From Anaerolineae bacterium (GTDB lineage Bacteria; Chloroflexota; Anaerolineae; B4-G1; DUEL01), in assembly GCA_041082215.1 (NCBI GenBank), contig JBDOIF010000076.1, forward strand, positions 1 through 33,676: a DNA stretch of 33,676 bases, read 5' to 3'. The notes beneath the pieces were generated by a model. It had not been told where the DNA came from. It saw only the letters and a program-made list of their open reading frames with translations, and searched no databases. Positions 1 to 7,579 of this stretch are shown in pieces. The first letter of the stretch is position 1. Each line of letters begins with the position of its first letter. Both the position numbers and the translations under genes were made by a program.

Positions 1-1
1 C

Positions 2-514
2 CTCTGGGCCCACTACCTGAACCGGGTCTACGAGCCCCGCACCTTCCTCTGGGCCGCCGATTCGGGCCACCTGGGGACCGGCCTCCCCTACGCCATCGGC
101 GCCAAGCTGGCCCGACCCGACCGACCGGTCTATGCCATCTGCGGCGACGGGGCCTTCGGCCTCAACATCCAGGAGCTGGAGACCGCCGCCCGGCTGGACC
201 TCCCCTTTGTCGTCGTGGTGGTCAACGACCAGCAGTGGGGACTGATCAAGGCAACCCAGATGGCCGCCTACGATGCCCGCTATATCGGCGTTGACTTCAG
301 CGATATACGGTACGATCAGGTGGCCCAGGCGATGGGCTGCTGGGGAGAGCGGGTGGAGGAGCCAGGCCAGATCCGACCAGCCCTGACGCGGGCAGTTGCT
401 TCGGGCAGGCCAGCCGTGCTGGATGTGGTGGTGGACCGCTGGGTCAACCTCACCCCACCGGACCTGGAGAATCTGGATGCGGTGTGGATGGAGGGATGTG
501 AGGTGCCGTGGTGA
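2..514 (+). CDS. Thiamine pyrophosphate-dependent enzyme (acetolactate synthase-like), C-terminal part; 5' truncated by window edge
   Basis: Frame is open from position 2: ...GHLGTGLPYAIGAKLARPDRPVYAICGDGAFGLNIQELETAARLDLPFVVVVVNDQQWG... This contains the GDG-x(24-27)-N TPP/Mg-binding motif and ends with the typical 'GRPAVLDVVVD' strand. Confidence 0.9.
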   Translation, partial: LWAHYLNRVYEPRTFLWAADSGHLGTGLPYAIGAKLARPDRPVYAICGDGAFGLNIQELETAARLDLPFVVVVVNDQQWGLIKATQMAAYDARYIGVDFSDIRYDQVAQAMGCWGERVEEPGQIRPALTRAVASGRPAVLDVVVDRWVNLTPPDLENLDAVWMEGCEVPW

Positions 515-528
515 ACGGGGAGGTGGGG

Positions 529-2220
529 ATGGGGGGACACGGAGACACTGGGGCGCGGAGATTTGCTGTCTATCTGGAAATTGCCGGGGACGGTCGGTGT
601 ATGGCCCATGTGCCCGACCTGCCCGGCTGCTTCGTTCGTGCATTGAGCCGGGATGAGGCCCTGCGTCGGGTGCCGGAGGCCATCCGCGAGACTTTCGCCT
701 GGCTCCGCCGGCACGGGGAAGCGGCCCCGGCCGAAGAGGAACCCGTCGAAATAGAGATAGCCGCTGAGAGCGCCGGCTTCGGCCCCTTCGACCCGGGGGA
801 TGCGGCCGCGCTGCTTCCCCCCGACCGCGAGCCGCTCTCCCCCGAGGAGATGGAGCGCGCTTTTCGCCTGATGGCGTATGCCCGCGCCGACCTTCTGGCC
901 CTGGTACGTGATCTCCCCGATGAGCTTCTGGACTGGCAACCGGATGAGCAGTCCTTCAGCATCCGGCGCCTCCTGCGGCACGTCGGCAACGCCGAGGAAT
1001 GGTACGTCTCCCGCCTGGTCGCTCCGGAAACCCTCCCCCCGGAGTGGGCACACGACGAGGGGATGCCCGTGCTGGAGTTCCTGGAGATGGAACGGCGCAC
1101 CGCCATAGCCCGGCTGCGCGAGCTGACCCGGGAGGAGCGAACGGACGTTTTCTACCCTGCCCACTGGACCGGGCACCCCGAGGAGCCGTGGACGGCGCGC
1201 AAGGTGCTGCGGCGGTTCCTGGAGCACGAGCGGGAGCACACGGCACAGGTACGCGAAATCCTGGAACGTCGCCGCTGCTACCTGTTATCCCGCCTGGCCG
1301 CCGAGCGCGCTGGCCTCCTCTGGCAACTGCTGAACCTGGATGAGAGGACCCTTGCCGAAACGCCGGTGCTGGATAACTGGACAATCCAGGATGTGCTGGC
1401 GCACATCGCCGCATGGGACCGGTGGGAATACCGCGCCATGAAGCAGATGGCAGAAGGGGAGGCCCCTGACTTCACAGCGGTAAGGGACATAGACAGCTTC
1501 AACGCAAACGCCGTGGCGACGTGGCGGGAGCGCCCCTTCAGTGAGGTTCTGGCAGAATTGGAGGACGCCCGCGCGATGTGGGTCGCCTGGCTGCAGGAGT
1601 TGCCCCTGGAAGTGTTCTTCCAGCGCCGCTTCTACAACGATTATGAGTGGTCGTTCCCGGGCTGTCTGGAGATTCAGTGGAAACACGACGCCGAACATGC
1701 CGGCCAGATCGCCGCCTGGCGGGAGGAGCGGGGGCTGAAGGGGGAACCCTGGAACACCCAGACGGGGTCCAAAGGGGTGTTGCTGGCGGCCCTGACGGCG
1801 GCGCGGGAGGAGTTGCTCACAGCAGCGGCGCTGGTCCCCCCGGAAGAACGGTCGTCCCGCCGGGTCTGTGGGGAATGGACTTTGAAGGACGTGCTGGGTC
1901 ATGTCGCCGACTGGGAGTGGCTGGGGGTGGAGGGGTTGCGCCATATGGCGGCCGGACATCCCCCTCAGGTGGAGCATGTGGAGGACGTGGATGCCTGGAA
2001 CCGGGCCCATGCGGAGGCCCGTCGCGAACAGCCCTGGGATGACGTCTGGGCCGATTTCCACGCCGCACGCCAGGCGCTGCTGTCCGTTCTGGGGGGGATG
2101 GACCAGGCCGATATGGGCCAAATCTTCCCGGCCCCGTGGGCCGAACAGTGCACGCCATATGCCTGGGTCTTCATCTACGTTGCCCACGATAGGGAGCATG
2201 CCAGGGATCTGAGGGGGTAA
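529..2220 (+). CDS. HicB-like N-terminal domain fused to three DinB/DUF1706-type four-helix domains
   Basis: GGAGG at 519-523 precedes ATG 529. N-terminus 'AHVPDLPGCFVRALSRDEALRRVPEAI' is HicB-like. Three DinB-type His motif sets follow: SIRRLLRHVGNAE...EHEREH; WTIQDVLAHIAAWD...KHDAEH; WTLKDVLGHVADWE...AHDREH. Confidence 0.8.
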   Translation: MGGHGDTGARRFAVYLEIAGDGRCMAHVPDLPGCFVRALSRDEALRRVPEAIRETFAWLRRHGEAAPAEEEPVEIEIAAESAGFGPFDPGDAAALLPPDREPLSPEEMERAFRLMAYARADLLALVRDLPDELLDWQPDEQSFSIRRLLRHVGNAEEWYVSRLVAPETLPPEWAHDEGMPVLEFLEMERRTAIARLRELTREERTDVFYPAHWTGHPEEPWTARKVLRRFLEHEREHTAQVREILERRRCYLLSRLAAERAGLLWQLLNLDERTLAETPVLDNWTIQDVLAHIAAWDRWEYRAMKQMAEGEAPDFTAVRDIDSFNANAVATWRERPFSEVLAELEDARAMWVAWLQELPLEVFFQRRFYNDYEWSFPGCLEIQWKHDAEHAGQIAAWREERGLKGEPWNTQTGSKGVLLAALTAAREELLTAAALVPPEERSSRRVCGEWTLKDVLGHVADWEWLGVEGLRHMAAGHPPQVEHVEDVDAWNRAHAEARREQPWDDVWADFHAARQALLSVLGGMDQADMGQIFPAPWAEQCTPYAWVFIYVAHDREHARDLRG

Positions 2221-2224
2221 AGGA

Positions 2225-2291
2225 ACCACAGAGAGACGGAGGACCCGGATAAACGCCCGAGAGACTCTATTGAACTCTTCGTTTCTGTGGT
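2225..2291. repeat. CACAGAG-type inverted multi-unit intergenic element, copy A (degenerate)
   Basis: Left arm ac-CACAGAG-a-GACGGAG-ga-CCCGGAT-aaa; right arm CTCTATT-gaa-CTCTTCG-t-TTCTGTG-gt. Terminal ACCACAGA/TCTGTGGT is a perfect inverted pair. Starts 4 nt after a stop codon. Confidence 0.65.
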
Positions 2292-2317
2292 GAGATATAA
2301 GATACAAGGAGGGGAGT

Positions 2318-3343
2318 ATGAAAGCAGCCGTCTTTCAGGGCATCGGGCATGTTGAGGTTGCCGATGTGCCAGTACCGGAGCCTGGGCCGGGCGAGGTGCT
2401 GATCCGCGTCGGCTACTGTGGCATCTGCGGCTCCGATGTGGAGGCGATCCACACCGGCATGTATGAGCCGGGGTTGATCATTGGCCATGAGTTCGCCGGC
2501 GTGATCGCCGGGGTCGGCCCCGACGTGGAGGGCTGGCGGGTGGGGGACAGGGTGGTCGTCAACGACGCTATCCCCTGCGGGACCTGCCCCCCCTGCCGGG
2601 AGGGGCGGCTGGATGGGTGCGAAGACCTCACGATGGTGGGCGTCACCCACGACGGGGGGATGGCGGAGTACGTGCGGGTCACCGCCCGGGGGCTCCACCG
2701 GCTGCCGGACGGGGTCACGCTCCGGCGGGGGGCGCTGGTGGAGCCGCTGTCGGTGGCGCTGCACGGTGTGCGGCGCTCCCGCCTCAAGCCGGGGGACCAG
2801 GCACTGGTGATGGGGGCGGGGCCGATCGGCCTGCTGACCCTCCAGTGCGTCCTGCTGGCCGGCGCCCGGACGGCGGTTGTCACCGAAATAGACCCCACCC
2901 GTGCCGCGCTGGCGGGCCGTCTGGGGGCGACGGCGGTCCTGGACCCCAGCCGCGAGAACGTCGGCGTGGCGTTGAGAGACCTCACCGACGGGCAGGGGCC
3001 GGACGTGGTCTATATCTGTACGGGCGCTCCCGCCCCCTATCGGGACGCCATCTCCCTGGTCCGCAAGGGAGGACAGGTGTTCGTCCTGGGGCTGTGCGTG
3101 GAGCCGGTAGAGGCCGACTTTATGAGCGTCGTCCTGAACGACCTGTGCATCGAGGGGAGCCTGGCGGGACGGGCTGAGTTCCCCGCCGCCATCGCCCTCG
3201 TCGCCCAGGGCCGGGTGGAGGTAGAGCCTCTCGTCTCCCATGAGATCCCGCTGGAGAAGGTCGTCTCTCAGGGATTCGAGCGGCTGAGCACCCCCGGGAC
3301 AGGAGCGGTCAAGATTCTGGTGCGTATAGGAGGGGAGATATGA
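2318..3343 (+). CDS. Zinc-dependent medium-chain alcohol dehydrogenase (threonine/sorbitol/butanediol DH-like)
   Basis: GICGSD and GHE catalytic Zn motifs, C-x2-C-x2-C-x7-C structural Zn site, GAGPIG Rossmann motif; SD AGGAGG upstream. Confidence 0.92.
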   Translation: MKAAVFQGIGHVEVADVPVPEPGPGEVLIRVGYCGICGSDVEAIHTGMYEPGLIIGHEFAGVIAGVGPDVEGWRVGDRVVVNDAIPCGTCPPCREGRLDGCEDLTMVGVTHDGGMAEYVRVTARGLHRLPDGVTLRRGALVEPLSVALHGVRRSRLKPGDQALVMGAGPIGLLTLQCVLLAGARTAVVTEIDPTRAALAGRLGATAVLDPSRENVGVALRDLTDGQGPDVVYICTGAPAPYRDAISLVRKGGQVFVLGLCVEPVEADFMSVVLNDLCIEGSLAGRAEFPAAIALVAQGRVEVEPLVSHEIPLEKVVSQGFERLSTPGTGAVKILVRIGGEI

Positions 3344-3768
3344 AACTGGCATCGCCGGAATATATGGAAGAGGTCCGCAAGCGATCCAACGCCGATCCCG
3401 AATACCTGGAGCTGGCCAAAGGCCACAACGCCTCCTACACCCTGGTCCTGGAGCCGGAGCCGGAGAAAGGGGTCACGGAGACGATCGTCATCGGCTTTGA
3501 CAATGTGGACGGGAAGATCAACCAGGTCTGGCAGGGACAGCGGCCCACCGACTTCACCCTCTCCGCCCCCTACGGCGTCTGGGTGGACGTCCTGCGGGGC
3601 AAGATGGGGCCGACAAAGGCCATCGCCTCCCGCAAGCTCCGTACCCAGGGGCCGTTTCTCCAGCTCCTGCAGGGAGCCAACCGGATCATCCGCTGGGTCG
3701 AGGTGCTGCGGACCATCCCGACGGAGTTTGAGGGGGAGTACGCCCAGTACAACCTGCCGGGACAGTAG
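3340..3768 (+). CDS. SCP2 sterol/lipid-binding domain protein
   Basis: 'DFTLSAPYGVWVDVLRGKMGPTKAIASRKLRTQG' matches the SCP2 pattern; ATGA overlap with the ADH stop. Confidence 0.8.
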   Translation: MKLASPEYMEEVRKRSNADPEYLELAKGHNASYTLVLEPEPEKGVTETIVIGFDNVDGKINQVWQGQRPTDFTLSAPYGVWVDVLRGKMGPTKAIASRKLRTQGPFLQLLQGANRIIRWVEVLRTIPTEFEGEYAQYNLPGQ

Positions 3769-3849
3769 AGGTCTCTGGCCTACCGGTGCCTCCGGCTGGC
3801 GACCAGGGTAGCCAACATGCCTCCTCCTGCCCGGGATAGGGAGGTTCCT

Positions 3850-6117
3850 GTGTGGTATGGATTACGGATTCCGTCGGATGCAAAGCCGGATTTTATCCGC
3901 TCCGTGACCGAGCTGCAGCAGACCACGCTGCGGAACTTCGTCCTCGCGGTGGGCGGGGTCTACGCGCTCTGGCACCTGGTGGCCACAGTGACCTGGCCGG
4001 AGAGGCTGGGGTGGGAGGCGTGGCTGATCGCGCCGCTGGTGCTGCTTTCCTGCCTTGCGACCCTTTATCTGTGCGGCAGGCACTTTCTGATCGCCCAGGT
4101 TATCTGGCTGGTGGGACTTGCCGGGGCGATCACAGTGGCGATTGATGTCCTCCGACTGCGGGAGATCGCCTTTTTCTACGCCTTTCTCCCCTTCATGGCG
4201 GTCATCACCGCGGGCTGGCCTGCCGGGCTGGCCGCGGAGGGAATGGTGATAGGGGCCGTGGTCTGGCTTTCCCGCCCCGGAGGGATGGCCCTGCTTCCCC
4301 CGACGTACAGGCTGGGGATCGTCGCTGTGGGGGCCTTTGCCGGCCTGCTTGGGTGGGCCGCCGTCCACGCACTGCTGACAGCGGTCCAGTGGTACCTCTA
4401 CAGCTACACGCAGGCTGAGCAGAACATGGAGGAGGCCCGCCAGCATCGAGCTCAACTGGCACGGGTGCTGAAGGACCTCGACCAGGCCTACCATCGCCTG
4501 GAGAGAGCTCAGGCCTCCCTGGTGGCCGCATGGAAGGCGAAGGATGAGGCGGAGCGGTTCAAGACCGACTTCGTGACCAACGTAAGCCATGAACTGCGGA
4601 CGCCGCTGAACCTGGTCGTCGGCTTTGCCGAAATGATGATGACCTCGCCGGAAAGCTACGGAGGCGTGCCGCTGCCGGGGCCCTACCGGAGCGACCTGAA
4701 CGCCATCTACCACAGCGCCCAGCACCTGCTGGCTCTTGTGGACGACGTCCTCGACCTGGCCCGCATCGAAGCGGGCAAGTTCGCCCTGGCACGGGAAAAG
4801 GTGGACATCGCCTCGCTCGTGGAGGAGGCCGTCAACGTCGTGCGGGATTACATCACCGCCAAGGGCCTGGAGCTCCAGATCCGTCTGTCGGATGACCTGC
4901 CTCCCCTCTGGATTGACCGGCTGCGCATCCGGCAGGTCCTCCTCAACCTGCTGGTGAACGCGGCCCGCTTCACCGAGCGCGGCTGGATCCGGGTGGACGT
5001 CTCGCAGGAAGGGGAAGAGGTTGTGGTGCGGGTGACGGACACGGGGCGGGGTATCCCCGAACAGGACCTGCCCAGGCTTTTTGAGGAATTCCGCACCACG
5101 GAGCAGCCCATCTCTACCTGGCACAGCGGCACCGGCCTGGGGTTGCCCATCAGCAAGAAGTTCGTCGAGCTTCACCACGGCCGTATGGGGGTCGAGAGCG
5201 TCCACGGACAGGGCACCTCGTTCTGGTTCACCCTTCCCTGTGCGCCAGCGCCGGAGGGGGGGCGGCATGTGGGGCGCCTCAGCCACCCCCACCCCGTGGC
5301 GCGATTGGGGGCTTCGGAGCGGATCGTCGTCATCGTGCACGACGACCCGCGCATCCCCCCGCTGCTGCAGCGATACCTGGATGGCTATCGGGTGGTCGGG
5401 GCCAGGGAACTGCAGGAAGGAGCCAGGCTGGTGGAGGAACTCAGGCCGCTGGCGGTTGTGGGAGACGAAGCTACCCCATTGCCGGAGGTTCCCGACGATG
5501 TGCTGCTGGTACGCTGCCCCCTCCCCAGCAGCCGTCGAACTGCACAGATGATGGGTGCCGTTGACTATCTGGTGAAGCCCGTGGCCAGACAGGAACTGCT
5601 GGAGACGATTGACCGGATGGACCGGCCGGTACGGCGCGTGCTGATCGCGGACGACGAACCCGAGGTGGTGCGCCTGTTCCGTCGGATGTTGCGCCCCCGC
5701 TTTCCGGCCCAGGACTGCCTGGAGGCGTACAACGGGGACGAAGCCCTCCGCCTGATGCGGACCCAGAAGCCGGACCTGGTGTTGCTGGACCTGGCTATGC
5801 CGGAGGTGGATGGCCGAAGCGTGCTGGAGCGGATGGCCCTCGACCCGGAGCTGGCGGATATTCCGGTGGTGATCGTCTCCGCCAGAGGGCAGGATCAGGC
5901 CAGCCTGCGGCTATCGGGTCCGATCCAGCTCTCCCGGCCGGGTGGGTTCCAGTTGGGGGAGATTGTGCGGGCGCTGGAGGCGGCGTTCAACGCCCTGGCC
6001 CCTGGGTGGCACCCGGTCGGCCCCAGCGGGAGAGGACTTGCAGAAGAGCCTGCTGAGTCACCGGCTTGGCCAGATACGCCGTCGCCCCTAGAGAAAGCGC
6101 CAACTGCGGCTCGTTGA
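3850..6117 (+). CDS. Membrane hybrid sensor histidine kinase (multi-TM, HisKA, HATPase_c, two receiver-like domains)
   Basis: About 5-6 hydrophobic helices, a coiled coil, H-box FVTNVSHELRTPL, N-box QVLLNLLVNA, G1 DTGRGI, G2 GTGLGL, then a truncated REC (HDD...DYLVKP) and a REC (IADD...LLDLAMPEVDG). GTG 3850 has GGGAGG upstream; ATG 3817 is an alternative start. Confidence 0.92.
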   Translation: MWYGLRIPSDAKPDFIRSVTELQQTTLRNFVLAVGGVYALWHLVATVTWPERLGWEAWLIAPLVLLSCLATLYLCGRHFLIAQVIWLVGLAGAITVAIDVLRLREIAFFYAFLPFMAVITAGWPAGLAAEGMVIGAVVWLSRPGGMALLPPTYRLGIVAVGAFAGLLGWAAVHALLTAVQWYLYSYTQAEQNMEEARQHRAQLARVLKDLDQAYHRLERAQASLVAAWKAKDEAERFKTDFVTNVSHELRTPLNLVVGFAEMMMTSPESYGGVPLPGPYRSDLNAIYHSAQHLLALVDDVLDLARIEAGKFALAREKVDIASLVEEAVNVVRDYITAKGLELQIRLSDDLPPLWIDRLRIRQVLLNLLVNAARFTERGWIRVDVSQEGEEVVVRVTDTGRGIPEQDLPRLFEEFRTTEQPISTWHSGTGLGLPISKKFVELHHGRMGVESVHGQGTSFWFTLPCAPAPEGGRHVGRLSHPHPVARLGASERIVVIVHDDPRIPPLLQRYLDGYRVVGARELQEGARLVEELRPLAVVGDEATPLPEVPDDVLLVRCPLPSSRRTAQMMGAVDYLVKPVARQELLETIDRMDRPVRRVLIADDEPEVVRLFRRMLRPRFPAQDCLEAYNGDEALRLMRTQKPDLVLLDLAMPEVDGRSVLERMALDPELADIPVVIVSARGQDQASLRLSGPIQLSRPGGFQLGEIVRALEAAFNALAPGWHPVGPSGRGLAEEPAESPAWPDTPSPLEKAPTAAR

Positions 6118-7258
6118 GCACAGAGCAGACGACCACCGGGATCTCCCGGGTCATCTCCTCCGCTTTGAGGGCCATAAGCAGCTCCCACCCATCCTCCCGG
6201 GGCATCATCACATCCAGGACGATGACGGTGGGCCGGGTTTCGGCTATGGCCTTCCGGGCCTCAGCCCCTCCACCAGCCCCGACGACCTGCCAGTTGTGGC
6301 CCGCCAGATACCGGCGGAAGAGGGCGACGAAGCCCTCGTTGTCGTCCACGACCAGGAGGACCCGGGGCCTTTCTGTAGGCCAGAGCAGCCTCGCCTCCCA
6401 GCCATCATCCCCCACCTGATGCAATTCGAGCTTCCCCCCCAGGGACTCGATCAGACGGGCGCTGGCCTCCAGCCCCAGCCTGTGCCGTTCCTGAAGCTCT
6501 CCCAGCCGCCGGCGGAGTCCTCTCCCCCAGGCCGTGATGTGGACCCCCCTCCGCCCTTCTTCCACAAACGTTCGCACCTCGACGTGGCCGCCCTGTGCCA
6601 CGTCCACCCCACAGGTGAGAAGGTTGAGGACGGCCTGCCGGAGCATCACGCGGTCTGCATTGGGAAAAGAGAGCGGCTCCGACAGCAGGAATCGGAGCGA
6701 GACCTGGCTGGCCTGGGCCAGAGGGGCGACGACAGCCTCCAGCTCCCCCAGAAGCTCCGTGACGTTCAACTCTTCCCACGTCGCCTCCGCGCATAGCCGT
6801 TCCGCCTCGGCGCGGGCGAGGTCCTCCCGCGTCCTCCCCATATCCTCCGACTCAAGGGCCGCCCGGGACTCCTGCCACTGCTCCCAGAGCAGGTCCGTCA
6901 GAGTGCTCAGCACGCGAGCCTGGTCGCGGAAGTACTGACTCCTGGCCAGCCCGAGTTGCTCCATCACCTCGTTGGGGGAGAGCCCTTCGATATAGCGGGC
7001 CTCCAGGATGCGGTAAGCTCGCCAGTCGGGGGACTGGGCGGGCGTGCCCGGCGCAGGACGCAGCCCCTGGATGGCTTTGAGCAGCGCCTGGCGGAGCTGC
7101 TGACTGCGGCGCAGCCCTGTCCCCGCGCCCTCGCCCTGCACCAGCAGATCCGCCAGGGGGTGCGCTTCCAGATGGGGGGAGTCGTAGAGCCGATTCAGGG
7201 CGTCGTGCACCCACCCGGCAAAGGTTTCGCGATCGGGGGAAAAGGGTTTGGACATCAT
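5987..7258 (-). CDS. Atypical response regulator: N-terminal HTH, degenerate HATPase-like middle, C-terminal receiver
   Basis: Sigma-region-4-like 'YRILEARYIEGLSPNEVMEQLGLARSQYFR'; N-box-like 'DRVMLRQAVLNLL' and G2-like 'LGLEASARLIESLGGKL'; intact REC (VVDD, VLDVMMP, S, AKP). Confidence 0.85.
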   Translation of the reverse strand: MMSKPFSPDRETFAGWVHDALNRLYDSPHLEAHPLADLLVQGEGAGTGLRRSQQLRQALLKAIQGLRPAPGTPAQSPDWRAYRILEARYIEGLSPNEVMEQLGLARSQYFRDQARVLSTLTDLLWEQWQESRAALESEDMGRTREDLARAEAERLCAEATWEELNVTELLGELEAVVAPLAQASQVSLRFLLSEPLSFPNADRVMLRQAVLNLLTCGVDVAQGGHVEVRTFVEEGRRGVHITAWGRGLRRRLGELQERHRLGLEASARLIESLGGKLELHQVGDDGWEARLLWPTERPRVLLVVDDNEGFVALFRRYLAGHNWQVVGAGGGAEARKAIAETRPTVIVLDVMMPREDGWELLMALKAEEMTREIPVVVCSVLNEPQLALSLGATAYLAKPVTQQALLQVLSRWGRPGATQGPGR

Positions 7259-7265
7259 TGTTCGG

Positions 7266-7284
7266 TGGGACTGTTATGGGACTG
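7266..7284. promoter_or_regulatory. Direct repeat TGGGACTG-N3-TGGGACTG, candidate transcription-factor site
   Basis: Exact 8-bp repeat at 7266-7273 and 7277-7284 (11-bp period), lying between the regulator start and the ABC promoter. Confidence 0.5.
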
Positions 7285-7301
7285 AGGGGGGATAAATCCC
7301 C

Positions 7302-7330
7302 TTTACACGTTGCTTTCACTCTGTTATACT
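7302..7330 (+). promoter_or_regulatory. Sigma70-type promoter for the sugar ABC operon
   Basis: TTTACA(7302-7307)-17 nt-TATACT(7325-7330) with extended -10 TG. Confidence 0.6.
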
Positions 7331-7363
7331 AATATAAGCCATGATTGGGCAACCTCGGTGTAT

Positions 7364-7392
7364 AAGGTACACCACCGCCGCCGGTTTGTCAA
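7364..7392 (-). promoter_or_regulatory. Possible sigma70 promoter for the HTH-REC regulator
   Basis: Minus strand TTGACA(7392-7387)-17 nt-TACCTT(7369-7364). Confidence 0.45.
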
Positions 7393-7579
7393 GCATCTCC
7401 CTCGACCCCAACAGGCTTTTCCCAAAGTTGGCGTTGCTCCAGGGCCGATGATTCTGCACACGCCTGGCGGATGGAATGTGGAAAGGAGGTGAAGAGCAGG
7501 GAAACCTCTGGATGATCATATGGCTAAAGAAAAGGTTTTGGTTTTGACATTCCATTCAGTGATGTAAGGAGGAGGAGAA

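Noticed and set aside
529..730. HicAB toxin-antitoxin module
   Set aside because: No hicA-like ORF is adjacent; the HicB-like part is fused to DinB domains and has no DNA-binding C-terminal domain.
7544..7572. TTGACA just upstream of the SBP gene as a promoter
   Set aside because: No -10 hexamer at 16-18 nt; that position falls on the SD.
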